Source: Veleropilina oligotropha (Eukaryota). From it: a stretch of 64,000 bases of DNA. The notes under the pieces were generated by a model. It ran no database searches. It was not told the origin of the DNA and worked only from the letters and a program-made list of their open reading frames with translations. Made by a program: the position numbers and the translations under genes. The DNA lies in NCBI GenBank assembly GCA_048128005.1, contig JBEUKZ010000112.1, forward strand, positions 744,001 to 808,000, in the 5' to 3' direction. Shown here piece after piece: positions 10,201 through 18,786 of this stretch (position 1 is the stretch's first letter; every line of letters begins with the position of its first letter).

Positions 10201-11218
10201 CTATGAAGAGATCGAAGTAGACTACAGGGCGAAAGACGACCCTGCCCTCCAAGCCCTGAAAAGACGTATCCGTCTCCAGCCCGACAAAGTCCAGTGCGAC
10301 GAGATGCGACGGACCCTCCCCAGCTGCCTCGGATGGGACCGGTTCGTCAACACCTGGAAGCCAGGCGACCTAATCCTCACAAGCCGTCAGAAGGTCCGCG
10401 AACGGGCTCAAGAGCTGTTGCTCCAGAGGCACAAGGAGCACTTCCCAGACTCCATGGTGCCTATCCTGTACCACCCCAGGGACAGCAGAAAACAGAACAT
10501 CATGGTAACCATTCCGGGCACCAGCGACAGAGAGGAGCTAGTTCTGAACGACGTCGTCGAGGTCACCATTGAGGCCGCTGAGCGGGCTATCCTGACCCCG
10601 GATTGGCGCCTGGGCTATGCTCTCACCATCCATTCGAGCCAGGGTCTTACGATTCACGACCCACAGAAAGTCTGGATCATCGACGACTACCTTCAGTGGA
10701 GTAATCTCGCCTACCTAGCCGTGTCCCGGGTGGAGCTGCTGCGTCAGCTCGAACGGGTAACCTGTCCACCGGATGAGGGTTCTGAGGACAGGCCCCCCCA
10801 AGCGCCCCAAACCGAGCAACAGCTCCGAAAGACCATCCAGAAAAAGCTTGTGGCGTACAAACGCCAGGACCAGGCAACGGGACTCCCGGGGTTTAACCTC
10901 AAGGTCGACGACATCCTGCGGCTCAGAGAGGCCCAAAACAACCGCTGCGCAGCATGCAACATAGAGCTGCTCTGGGCATATTCCCCGAAGGACACACAGC
11001 AGTTCAGTGTCGACCGTGTGGACAACAGCAGGGGCCACACCCGCGACAACGTGCGCTTAACGTGTCTGGAATGTAACCGGAAACGAGGATTTGCGGTTGT
11101 TAACGCCCGAGAACCGGCGGCAGCTGGGTATCACGAGGCACCACGAGAAGTTCCTCACGAACGAAGCCACGCGGTGGTCCATCCAGCAAGTAGTAGAGCA
11201 CAGGCTCGTCAGGCTTAG
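7247..11218 (+). CDS. Replication polyprotein: terminal-protein-like N-terminus / OTU-like protease / divergent PolB / SF1 helicase / HNH (copy A)
   Basis: NGDLNC and CHNGHAW; IDMKSCYP, SIIGKF, ATDS; GGGGCGKT, IIWDE, GDQGQPPP, GYALTIHSSQGLT; CAAC...SVDRVDNSRGHTRDNVRLTCLECN. Confidence 0.88.
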   Translation: MERVSLRELRNLAKDYGIPARSKLKKHDLVRAIARVRAAEFRSRLERAMKTGRFPSIRGDVENPHKRGRRARELRQIKDEVDAALQARKYESQAEKNPRIRLKPLRAITDRIVKRSRKETLAHAIARKGPDLLISKTPRTAQDYQKDLLGQFTTPEGQRFIDLDDQVPPPVRLPAKEPWVELLSDAKDEFEVDGAAAAFSTWRVEVDIKIAPALDARMTDARAAQLLTALPKGEYVLRIKFLREWSEGDWVVEDKFDPVKAARKKGQGVFEISQDTKPGAITGVDKVYYENAYPVTAVVYGVYPLREPNPANLVPMKNGDLNCVAQRVVEHFEGALRGHGLTPTRRQKILEWEERVHVTGATVDDISILEKILKRAIVLRDIAGEDVFNSGKYQASMWKSIELICHNGHAWSKDLHFPQSREVHLYEGDVWEAIRQATQNEPLAVWLLGGTDRQLNVNQFVLQDGRTYRTKDDHERLQEACTALGNESLADRAFGVNHAASIMAKETNGWKPTPAGLLDDIQKACVEHGHGGLWNSMNYDTGDVCCIDMKSCYPASFLGKGEAKPYFERFGHPLHSMTRVAINGPLPQDIGTGFAEVVEWEFAQDIHPVIVAWFGKHFAENGWAPTPLLAFLVDSGLLKSLKIREAIIAFKNQTDVWLPENRDQGCSIIGKFTQGAKADGKRLTRRLVTDQGELDFLVRDTRQSGTLVGAPQRCPLGHVLTYYDGSQPQYAHLRASMLAYAHINLLSMLKRFSAAEAVRVATDSIYLKKASLEKLDDVTVYVAPRLCGCGEKSCISCLIAEPYLPPVAPAQWRDKGEQLYMPQEHAAYLPKPEYCCAANSSQPSTAPCYNDTLTHHRLSYLNGGGGCGKTTRAIELFRARNPVVFTPSHRLAKEMRTRGVKAQTYHSFFRWSGQNDWTPDRMGQKFIPRVIIWDEVCTVPRHILEMFLDWLGRHEVQVICCGDQGQPPPITGEMPHDWLRKTADYYEEIEVDYRAKDDPALQALKRRIRLQPDKVQCDEMRRTLPSCLGWDRFVNTWKPGDLILTSRQKVRERAQELLLQRHKEHFPDSMVPILYHPRDSRKQNIMVTIPGTSDREELVLNDVVEVTIEAAERAILTPDWRLGYALTIHSSQGLTIHDPQKVWIIDDYLQWSNLAYLAVSRVELLRQLERVTCPPDEGSEDRPPQAPQTEQQLRKTIQKKLVAYKRQDQATGLPGFNLKVDDILRLREAQNNRCAACNIELLWAYSPKDTQQFSVDRVDNSRGHTRDNVRLTCLECNRKRGFAVVNAREPAAAGYHEAPREVPHERSHAVVHPASSRAQARQA

Positions 11219-12098
11219 TGACGGAGCGTCCAAGCCTGTAAACTTTTAGAGACCACACCGGGTCAGTAGCACGGCGATGACCCCCCTCCAGCTCACCATC
11301 GTAGTAAAGGTAGCGAACATCTACGTCAGAGGGGAGTTTCTGTTCCTTCCCCTGTCGGCCTGGAACAGTGGCGCCTGGCTTTTGGGCAACGCGAGGTGCC
11401 TTGATGGCGTCCTTGGGCTTTTTACCGGTCAGCCTGGTCACTTCCCCATTCAAGGCCGCAACTACAGCTGCTAACCGGGCGACCCACTCAGTTGACCTTT
11501 GACCCTCTTTCGCAGACTCTGCAAACCGCATCTCTGTTGCATACTGGTGCCCGAAGAGCCGCTCAGCGAGCGTCCGGTTGAAGCGCTCCACAATGCCCTG
11601 ATCGCGATGGATATCCACACGGCCACGCCTAACCTCGACGTTATTCTTTGCCAGCAGCTGGGAAACCGCGCCCATAAACTCTCGCCCTGGATCGACTTGA
11701 AGCAGTTTCGGCCAGCCAAGAGGACTCCGCCTGTAGATTCGGGCTAGTGCTTCAGCAACCCCTTTGGCCTCTTTTGTGACCAGAGGCTCAGCCTCTTTAA
11801 AGCGACTGGCCACATCAACCACAGTCAAAGCGTACTTATAGGTCTTGTGTCTGACCTTGTCATGGGGGAGAAACAGGAGGTCGGCTTGGTGAACCTCGTT
11901 TGGCGTTACGACGTCGAATTTTGGTCTTGGAATCCGCCGTGGCGCAGGTAAATAGATCTGCCATATAGCCTGCCTCTTAAGCCATGTCCGGGCCTCCACT
12001 TCAGACGCCTTGGCAGCGTCAGCTAGTTTCTTTATCGCGGCAATGCCTTTCCAGTAGCCCTTAGGGCTGTAGTACATCCTCGCAAGCTTGCTATCCAT
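11100..12098 (-). CDS. Retroviral-like (rve) DDE integrase (copy A)
   Basis: HQADL...VVDVASRF, LQVDPGREF, GIVERFNRTL; Polinton-type N-terminus YYSPKGY. Confidence 0.95.
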   Translation of the reverse strand: MDSKLARMYYSPKGYWKGIAAIKKLADAAKASEVEARTWLKRQAIWQIYLPAPRRIPRPKFDVVTPNEVHQADLLFLPHDKVRHKTYKYALTVVDVASRFKEAEPLVTKEAKGVAEALARIYRRSPLGWPKLLQVDPGREFMGAVSQLLAKNNVEVRRGRVDIHRDQGIVERFNRTLAERLFGHQYATEMRFAESAKEGQRSTEWVARLAAVVAALNGEVTRLTGKKPKDAIKAPRVAQKPGATVPGRQGKEQKLPSDVDVRYLYYDGELEGGHRRATDPVWSLKVYRLGRSVTKPDEPVLYYLLDGPPRGFVREELLVVPRDTQLPPVLGR

Positions 12099-12312
12099 CA
12101 GCAATGTATTCCAGTAAACTGATCAGTCTCCAACAGGCTTCAGCTTCCGGAGCCGGTCGCTGCGCAGTCGTCGCCCGTAGGTTGGTCGGGCCCGAGAGCA
12201 CCAGGACCGCGAACCGCACCATAGTCTTTTCGTCGCGGCGCCAGCAGTCGAGTAACGTAGTACTATAGCCGACCGCAAGCATAGCGCAGTACAGCTCTTC
12301 TGGGAGCCCCAT
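12091..12312 (-). CDS. Hypothetical 73-aa viral protein
   Basis: ATG-started ORF conserved in copy B (52667-52888); stop overlaps the integrase start. Confidence 0.5.
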   Translation of the reverse strand: MGLPEELYCAMLAVGYSTTLLDCWRRDEKTMVRFAVLVLSGPTNLRATTAQRPAPEAEACWRLISLLEYIADG

Positions 12313-12352
12313 TACTATACATGCCAACGAAAAAAATGTCCACTGGAAATAA

Positions 12353-12781
12353 TTAGGCGAGCTTGTAGGCGACCAACCCGGTCGCAGCCATCCCCAGGAT
12401 GATGAAGGTGATCTCACGTCCCTTCTGGCCATCGCTCGGTGTGTAGTAGTCAGACAGGGCGGGCTCAGGGCCACCCCCCAGGCCGGGGTCAAGGTTCTTG
12501 CCGGTGATCAATGCATACTCACGGATCGCGGCGTCAACATCCCGGAATGTGCCAACGGCATGACCCTGGCGGCGAAGTTCAACGTTCAGCCAGTCGAGAC
12601 GCTCTGCCCTCTGTTGTGACCATTTAGTCGGAGCAGCGTTGAGCTGTTCTACAGCAATGTCGTGGCGTTTACGCTCCGCATCGACACCGGAGCTGCGTAG
12701 CTTCGAGAAGAGGAAGTTGGAGCCGCTGAAGGCGAGGGCGTTGACGAGAGCGCCCCCAACCAGCATCGCAATGGAAGCCAT
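12353..12781 (-). CDS. Viral membrane protein, 142 aa (N- and C-terminal hydrophobic helices)
   Basis: MASIAMLVGGALVNALAF... and ITFIILGMAATGLVAYKL; conserved in copy B. Confidence 0.8.
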   Translation of the reverse strand: MASIAMLVGGALVNALAFSGSNFLFSKLRSSGVDAERKRHDIAVEQLNAAPTKWSQQRAERLDWLNVELRRQGHAVGTFRDVDAAIREYALITGKNLDPGLGGGPEPALSDYYTPSDGQKGREITFIILGMAATGLVAYKLA

Positions 12782-12812
12782 TGAAATGCTGCGATTATCT
12801 AGCAAGGTCCCA

Positions 12813-13052
12813 CTACTTCAATATATCGGCCGGAATGATGCCTTGCTTGATCAGCATGTCCTTCGTCGCCATGGCGAGCGCTACGTCGAGGACGACCATC
12901 CCGACATCGTACCCCGTGAAGTCCAGTTTGGGGCTCGCTCCCTTGAATACCATCTTTGTCAGGCGTGCGTAGCCTATGGCGAGGCCTGACACTATAGCGG
13001 CGTGGTATACAGCGTTGCCGAGCATCTTTCCATCAGTGATTGGGGTAGTCAT
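12813..13052 (-). CDS. Small viral membrane protein, 79 aa
   Basis: Two hydrophobic segments; conserved in copy B (51926-52165). Confidence 0.78.
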   Translation of the reverse strand: MTTPITDGKMLGNAVYHAAIVSGLAIGYARLTKMVFKGASPKLDFTGYDVGMVVLDVALAMATKDMLIKQGIIPADILK

Positions 13053-13077
13053 AACTGTTGATTAGTACCGTTTGCGA

Positions 13078-13554
13078 CTATTGCATATGAAAAGGGTTCT
13101 GCTTCTTCAATTCGATAGTGGGGGCGGCCCGAGAGCACCGAGCGTCCGCGTCTGGTGGCTGTTGATGTGGTGTGGATGGACCAGGGTTGCTGCGTTCTGA
13201 GGACGTCTTCCAGACAACAAATACCAACGCAACCGTACCGGCAGCGACGGCTACCTGGGTCCAATTAAATAGGTCCGATTTCCGTGTATCTGGCGCACGC
13301 GGTCTTTCTGCGGCTGGAACCGCCTCCCCGGGCTGTTCTGATGGAACGACAACACTTGTTGGGGCACTCAGGTCTTCTTTCATTTTTCGAACCGCGGCCA
13401 GTAGCTTCTCCTGCTTGGCTTTTCGAGCAGCAGCGCCGGCCCTCCCTGCAGCCACTTTTTTCGGGTCCTTTTTACTCACTGATGAGTCCGTCGAAGAAGT
13501 CACCCTCTCTATCGGCTGTCTCTCGATCACTTGGTCCACTTCCGGCGTTGTCAT
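13078..13554 (-). CDS. Viral protein with basic KDPKKVAAGRAG motif and C-terminal TM helix
   Basis: Conserved in copy B with an in-frame 15-bp indel; TM VAVAAGTVALVFVVW; start uncertain (13554 or 13584). Confidence 0.72.
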   Translation of the reverse strand: MTTPEVDQVIERQPIERVTSSTDSSVSKKDPKKVAAGRAGAAARKAKQEKLLAAVRKMKEDLSAPTSVVVPSEQPGEAVPAAERPRAPDTRKSDLFNWTQVAVAAGTVALVFVVWKTSSERSNPGPSTPHQQPPDADARCSRAAPTIELKKQNPFHMQ

Positions 13555-14212
13555 CTTGATCTGGTATCTTAGGCGGGCAAACATGTCCAAATTGGCAGTG
13601 CTTAGCCGTGGTCAACGCTGCGGTCAGCGGTGCGAGGTACATGCCATATTTATAATACAGCTCACAGCTTGCAGTGGTCAGGGCATGTGAGATGAACGGG
13701 TCGGCCTCCAGGTCGGCGATCAGTCGTAGCTGGTTTGCTGGTGGAATGGGCAGGAACATCCCAGCTGCCCCCGCGTAGAGATGAATAGCTGAAGTCCCCA
13801 GAGTCTTCGTCACATCGGCACCGAGTTTCGCTTCATACCTCGCGTGGTGCTTTTCGACCTCGTCATCAGTCATGTCGTCTATCCGGTCCACTGTGAGGTT
13901 ACGCCCCATGTATCGGTGGGCCTGTCCTCCAACGGCTAAGGCTGCAAGCCTCTCACGCTTTGCCGCGCAAACGGAACTTGCGACTCCTCTGTTACTGACA
14001 GGTTCCTTGCCATCGGGAGTCAAGCGACAGCTGTTCATGGTCGTTTCTTGTTCGTCATCCATGAGTTGATCGATGAGGCTGTCCATCCTGAAGCGTTTCC
14101 AGCATCGCCTCACCGGTCTAATATAACTGTAAATCCAATACCACAATGTAGCGAGTAGGAGCAAGATCAGGCTCTGGCTGAAAGCAAAAGCTAGATATAC
14201 AGCGTCCGACAT
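13472..14212 (-). CDS. Hypothetical viral protein with N-terminal TM segment
   Basis: ORF kept in both copies; conserved C-terminal part, divergent N-terminal third. Confidence 0.75.
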   Translation of the reverse strand: MSDAVYLAFAFSQSLILLLLATLWYWIYSYIRPVRRCWKRFRMDSLIDQLMDDEQETTMNSCRLTPDGKEPVSNRGVASSVCAAKRERLAALAVGGQAHRYMGRNLTVDRIDDMTDDEVEKHHARYEAKLGADVTKTLGTSAIHLYAGAAGMFLPIPPANQLRLIADLEADPFISHALTTASCELYYKYGMYLAPLTAALTTAKHCQFGHVCPPKIPDQDDNAGSGPSDRETADREGDFFDGLISE

Positions 14213-14253
14213 GCGAGAGCTTGCTGGGCAGCTACTTAGCATCTGCTGGGTAG

Positions 14254-14886
14254 CTATAGCACACTATAAGCAACGGGCTGATCAGTTTTCAACAGAAGCT
14301 TAGCGTGTCGTGTCTCGGCCAACAGCCGGCGAACCTCGGTCCGTTCATCCTGCGACGGGATTACATCGTTCTCGCGCAGACAGTCCTCGAAACTGTCGCG
14401 GTCCTTGCAATGGAACAGCGCGACCCAGCGGGTCTGCTCTCTGAGCTCCTTCAAGACCGAGTTGTACTTTTGCGTCACTACCCATACGCTCTGGGAAGCA
14501 TGCCTGCCGCTGAAGGCCAACAAAGTCAGCATGTCCCTCCTCTTTGCCATAGCCTTGCTCGCGGCGCAGTCGTCGATTATGTACAGAGTTGATTCCCCCT
14601 GAAACAGTCGGTAGAACCCCCGCAGCCAGTCATGGAGTCGCTCACCCGGGGGGACTAAATACACCTCAGGGTCGGTCCAGATCCACGGACAAGACTGGTA
14701 TGCTTTGTTGTACTTGATCGTGGGGCAGAGGACCACGATATGCCGGAAGACGCCTCGATACTCCCCTTCCAGCAGTTCAAGCATGAAAACCGTCTTCCCA
14801 CAGCCCGTCTGGCCGCAGATGATTGCGGAGTGGGGGTCCTTGGTGTGCGGAAATCGTTTAGTACAGTGCTTCGACGAATCGGCCAT
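14254..14886 (-). CDS. A32/FtsK-family genome packaging ATPase (copy A)
   Basis: GQTGCGKT Walker A, YIIDD Walker B, SGRH, VVTQKY. Confidence 0.93.
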   Translation of the reverse strand: MADSSKHCTKRFPHTKDPHSAIICGQTGCGKTVFMLELLEGEYRGVFRHIVVLCPTIKYNKAYQSCPWIWTDPEVYLVPPGERLHDWLRGFYRLFQGESTLYIIDDCAASKAMAKRRDMLTLLAFSGRHASQSVWVVTQKYNSVLKELREQTRWVALFHCKDRDSFEDCLRENDVIPSQDERTEVRRLLAETRHAKLLLKTDQPVAYSVL

Positions 14887-16159
14887 TCTCGATATCCAGC
14901 TGTGCGTCCATGATCACGAACTCGTAGACGTTCAGTGGACCGGCCGCTTCGGCTGTTTTAGTGATCTGAATAGTAATGCCTTCGCTGGCGTTCTCGACCC
15001 TCCGGCCTGACCCGTGCAACTGATCGTCGTCAGTTACCCGCATATCGATCCAGAGCGCAAATTTCTTAGTCAGAAATTCGCCCAGGGTGACGTCTGCCAT
15101 CTCCAAGTCCTTTGCGACCATCGCGACCTCAGGATGCCGCTTGCTGCAGCCGGAGGCGAACATTTTCTTGGCTTCTTCCCAGATCTGGTATGTTCGCATG
15201 CCCTGGCTGTAGATTTGATTCGGGACACCCTCGATTGTGACCTCGACCTTTGTGATCTTCGGATTATAGAAGGCCTCAGTATCGCGAGAGAATGGCGCGG
15301 CGTCTCTCGCAGGGTCCTCGAACAACAGTAGTATTCCTTTCATCGACCTCGCCGGTACGTTCACATTCATATTCCACAACGAGTCGCTCTTGTCTAGGGT
15401 GAGCTTCCGATGCCGGAGAACACGGTCGTACAGGATTACGAGTTGACCCTGGTATTGATTTCGAATCCGTCTGGCAAGCTCGGATTGGGTTACCATGTCA
15501 TATTCGAGGGATATATTGTCGATGGAATAGCTGGAACCGGAGTCGTCCGTCTCCCGGATAGTCCGGGAGTAGTCGTTGAACGTTAGCTCATACTCCAGAC
15601 GGTCTCCAAGGGCGCTTTGATAGAATGGCATGTGACTTTCCAACAGCTCGAAATCCAGCGGGATGCGGAATCGGTTACCGTACGCGGCCGCGACCGCGAC
15701 ATCCTCAGACAGTCTAAAGGCGTCTGCCGCACCAACACGATGCTTCGTAGTGTTGTGCCCATCGCTGGTATCAATCCCCTGGTACTGGGCGTTCTTGCGC
15801 TCCCCTGTGGTCTTCCAGAGATCGCAGTAGCAGTGGTACACGTCGGAGTCGTCAATCGACATGATCTCGTTTCCACTTATCTTTATCGTGGTCTTTCTGA
15901 TCACGGCACGGCCGATATTTTGCACTACAGTCCTATTCGCATTTACCGAGGTCAGTGAGATGGTAAATGCAAGGTGGGCAGTCCCTGGAACGATCACGTC
16001 ATTCGCCCCGAGATTAGGGAACCGAACCAGGAGCTGCTGGTTCGGGGCAATCGTTGATGGATTGTTTGTAATCGTGACCGACTGGCGGATGCCCTTGACT
16101 GCGAGGGGCTCACGCAGCCTGCGGTATGGATTAAGCTTGCGTCTGTATACGCTAGTCAT
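14858..16159 (-). CDS. Putative double jelly-roll major capsid protein (copy A)
   Basis: 433 aa, beta-rich, next to the packaging ATPase, nearly invariant between copies; fold is inferred. Confidence 0.8.
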   Translation of the reverse strand: MTSVYRRKLNPYRRLREPLAVKGIRQSVTITNNPSTIAPNQQLLVRFPNLGANDVIVPGTAHLAFTISLTSVNANRTVVQNIGRAVIRKTTIKISGNEIMSIDDSDVYHCYCDLWKTTGERKNAQYQGIDTSDGHNTTKHRVGAADAFRLSEDVAVAAAYGNRFRIPLDFELLESHMPFYQSALGDRLEYELTFNDYSRTIRETDDSGSSYSIDNISLEYDMVTQSELARRIRNQYQGQLVILYDRVLRHRKLTLDKSDSLWNMNVNVPARSMKGILLLFEDPARDAAPFSRDTEAFYNPKITKVEVTIEGVPNQIYSQGMRTYQIWEEAKKMFASGCSKRHPEVAMVAKDLEMADVTLGEFLTKKFALWIDMRVTDDDQLHGSGRRVENASEGITIQITKTAEAAGPLNVYEFVIMDAQLDIENGRFVEALY

Positions 16160-16195
16160 GGCTGAATTAGATGCGTATCCCACTGATGTATTCAA

Positions 16196-17509
16196 ATGGC
16201 GGAATTCGAGAACCCCGCATTCGAGCCGGACGATCTCATCGACAACGATGATACCATCATCGACGATACTGATGTGGATCTATCCACCGACCGGTTTATG
16301 CCTGTTCTTTCGGAACGGCCACAGGAAGGAACCAGCAGTCTTCAGCAAGAGCTCGTTCAGGGCGTGGTTGACGACTACTACAAAGCCCTGGCACAGGAGG
16401 GGCAGACCCCAGCCACGGGGCGAGATTATTCAAAATTCAATTATGTGAGGGGAAAATTAGGGAGGGGGGGGAAATTGGTGATGACGGACTACCCCGACAT
16501 CAATCTCATAAATTCTCGCACCGGCAACCCCTTGGCGTTGTCAACAATAGCTGGCCGGCCTGGTGGGGGTGATGCAATCCGTGAAGGGTTGGGGTTTGTA
16601 CACTGGACGCGGGGGGGACAAAAGCCGTCCTCAAAAGCGGTTGCAGCTCTTCAGACAGCCGACAACGAGTTGAGCGGTGCAGCCGCTAATGTCGAAAACG
16701 TAGAACTGCGGGACTTGGGGCAGACTGCTACTGATGCCTCGGTAGCAATCCACACGATGGAGACGAAATTCACTGATACCGAGGTTGAAGAGATCTTAGG
16801 CACAATGGGGGACCCTCCATTAAATCTTCGCGAGCTTCGCGGACTTGACAAGGCGATGCAGACCATCCGAGGCGAACTAACCAACAATCTAGCCAAACTA
16901 ACGGCGCTGGACGAACACATAGAGCTGGAGAAGATGAAGCTCGATCAGGCAGATGAAGAGGGCGGTGTGGATGAGTTCATCCGTCGACGGATCGCGGAAC
17001 GTCTGCGCGACCTGAATGATGAAAGAGCAGCTCGCCTAGAGGCAGCATCATCAAGCCGGGAGGCCCTTCGCTCTCAAATCAGCCGGATCCGAGAGATGAT
17101 AAGTCGGATCATGAACACCGACACAATGCTGGCCGAGCGTATCCGGACCCTGTTCCGCGAGCAAGGGGTTACGATCGCAACAATACTGACCGCTATCGGG
17201 CTCGCCATCTCGACTTTGGTACTAGCCCTGACAGGTGGAGCAACAAGCCCGCCAACGCCACCACCACCTCCCAGTGGTCAGGGCGGGGTCAAGGAGTGGG
17301 TCAAAAAGCAGCTGCAGAACTTGGGAAGGATTCTAGGCAAACTAGCAGGGAAGGCCGCAGCCGCGCTCCCAGGAATACTTGGAAGCCTGGTCTCCTGGCT
17401 AATCAACCTGATTGGCAAGACAGCATCGTGGCTCGCTGAAAACCTATGGGCACTGGTCATATCAGTTGGGGGCTTGCTTCTTATTGCCGCTAGACAGTGG
17501 GTCACGTAA
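16196..17509 (+). CDS. Coiled-coil viral protein with C-terminal TM helices (437 aa)
   Basis: Acidic N-terminus, long heptad-like region, TM IATILTAIGLAISTLVLAL, Pro linker, further hydrophobic helices. Confidence 0.8.
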   Translation: MAEFENPAFEPDDLIDNDDTIIDDTDVDLSTDRFMPVLSERPQEGTSSLQQELVQGVVDDYYKALAQEGQTPATGRDYSKFNYVRGKLGRGGKLVMTDYPDINLINSRTGNPLALSTIAGRPGGGDAIREGLGFVHWTRGGQKPSSKAVAALQTADNELSGAAANVENVELRDLGQTATDASVAIHTMETKFTDTEVEEILGTMGDPPLNLRELRGLDKAMQTIRGELTNNLAKLTALDEHIELEKMKLDQADEEGGVDEFIRRRIAERLRDLNDERAARLEAASSSREALRSQISRIREMISRIMNTDTMLAERIRTLFREQGVTIATILTAIGLAISTLVLALTGGATSPPTPPPPPSGQGGVKEWVKKQLQNLGRILGKLAGKAAAALPGILGSLVSWLINLIGKTASWLAENLWALVISVGGLLLIAARQWVT

Positions 17510-18779
17510 GCCAAATGAATGCTAGGCCAACGACAATGCCGCCCACGATAAGTGCGGTTTTATCCTCGTCATGTTTGGTTGCCCCAGCTGAAACAGCTGC
17601 CACAGCCGGCAGAGAGCCACGATGCTTCGGAGTGACCGCATCTGTGGGTAAGACGGCGTCTTGTGGGATGACCAATCCTGTTTCTCCAGTCTCCCCAGTG
17701 GCGTTGTGCGGCACAGGATTGGCCGCGTTCACCGTAGTATTAAGACCTAGGGTCTGGGCTTCCGTGGCAACGACGATCTCATTGTTATAACCAGCCACCT
17801 GCCCGATCCGAAGGAGCATGTCACTTGGCGCCATGTAAAGGCCGACGCCGAATACGAAGTCTACTTTAGACCTGGCATACTGCAAAACGTCCTGGTACCG
17901 TTGGATCGCAGCAGGGAGGTCAACGGGGGATGCGATGGCGTCTTCCACGTTCGCCAGGAACTGTTTCTGTGCGTCAAATGCCGTCCCACTACCCAGAATA
18001 CTTGCACGCGTTTGAGCCTGCGCTCCAAGAATAGCCCAGACGTAGGTCCTGATGGAATCATTGAGCCTTTCCACGCCGGCCCTCGTGAATCCCACCGACC
18101 TGTCCAGAATAAAAGTAGCCCAACCGTTTTTAAGCGCAGGCGCTTGCGCGATGTAGTCCACGTGCAGATTCGTGTTGGTCGTACCTTTGGTGAAGGACAT
18201 TCGGCTTGGATCATACTCACGTCCGATGGGGTGGTAGCCGTTGTTCGTCCAGTAGCTGTAAGCGGTGCCTAGTCCGCCGTTGGGACCCTTGACACGCCAG
18301 TCGGTATGTGGGGACACTCCGAATTCGCTGCAGATCTTTTCATATGCCCTTCGGTCATACGGGGTGTCGAATGCATCCCACGTCCGGTCTTGTGGCAGCG
18401 GCGCCTGAATCTCGGTCAAGATCCTTCTGACCTGATAGTAGACGTGGAAGGTGAATACAGCAGTGGAGAGGGGGGCTGCAGTAGCATTCAAGTGGTCTTC
18501 TGAGGAGATCCCGGAACCACACCATACTGCGAAGTTGACCTTGTTCTGCCAGAACCGCATCGGTGTGCTGTGCCAAGCCCTTATCAGCCCGTCACTAGCG
18601 ACGTGAGGGAGGCGATACTTTTGAAATACGTCGGGGTAGTCTGCCCCGAATGCAGTGGTTGAGCTATTACCCACATTGATGCTTGGTCTCGTAAGCTGCT
18701 CATCTTTGATCTTTGCTGGGTACACCACACCGGTCGGATAGGCCACACTCCTATTGAACACAAATGCGCTCTTAGCCAT
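17502..18779 (-). CDS. Viral protein with C-terminal membrane anchor (425 aa)
   Basis: Conserved in copy B (46152-47435); ends ALIVGGIVVGLAFIWLT. Confidence 0.8.
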   Translation of the reverse strand: MAKSAFVFNRSVAYPTGVVYPAKIKDEQLTRPSINVGNSSTTAFGADYPDVFQKYRLPHVASDGLIRAWHSTPMRFWQNKVNFAVWCGSGISSEDHLNATAAPLSTAVFTFHVYYQVRRILTEIQAPLPQDRTWDAFDTPYDRRAYEKICSEFGVSPHTDWRVKGPNGGLGTAYSYWTNNGYHPIGREYDPSRMSFTKGTTNTNLHVDYIAQAPALKNGWATFILDRSVGFTRAGVERLNDSIRTYVWAILGAQAQTRASILGSGTAFDAQKQFLANVEDAIASPVDLPAAIQRYQDVLQYARSKVDFVFGVGLYMAPSDMLLRIGQVAGYNNEIVVATEAQTLGLNTTVNAANPVPHNATGETGETGLVIPQDAVLPTDAVTPKHRGSLPAVAAVSAGATKHDEDKTALIVGGIVVGLAFIWLT

Positions 18780-18786
18780 AGCTACT

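Noticed and set aside
7280..11049. Many antisense and alternate-frame ORFs over the polymerase and other viral genes
   Set aside because: Expected shadows of GC-rich coding sequence; no motifs; shared between copies only because the DNA is nearly identical
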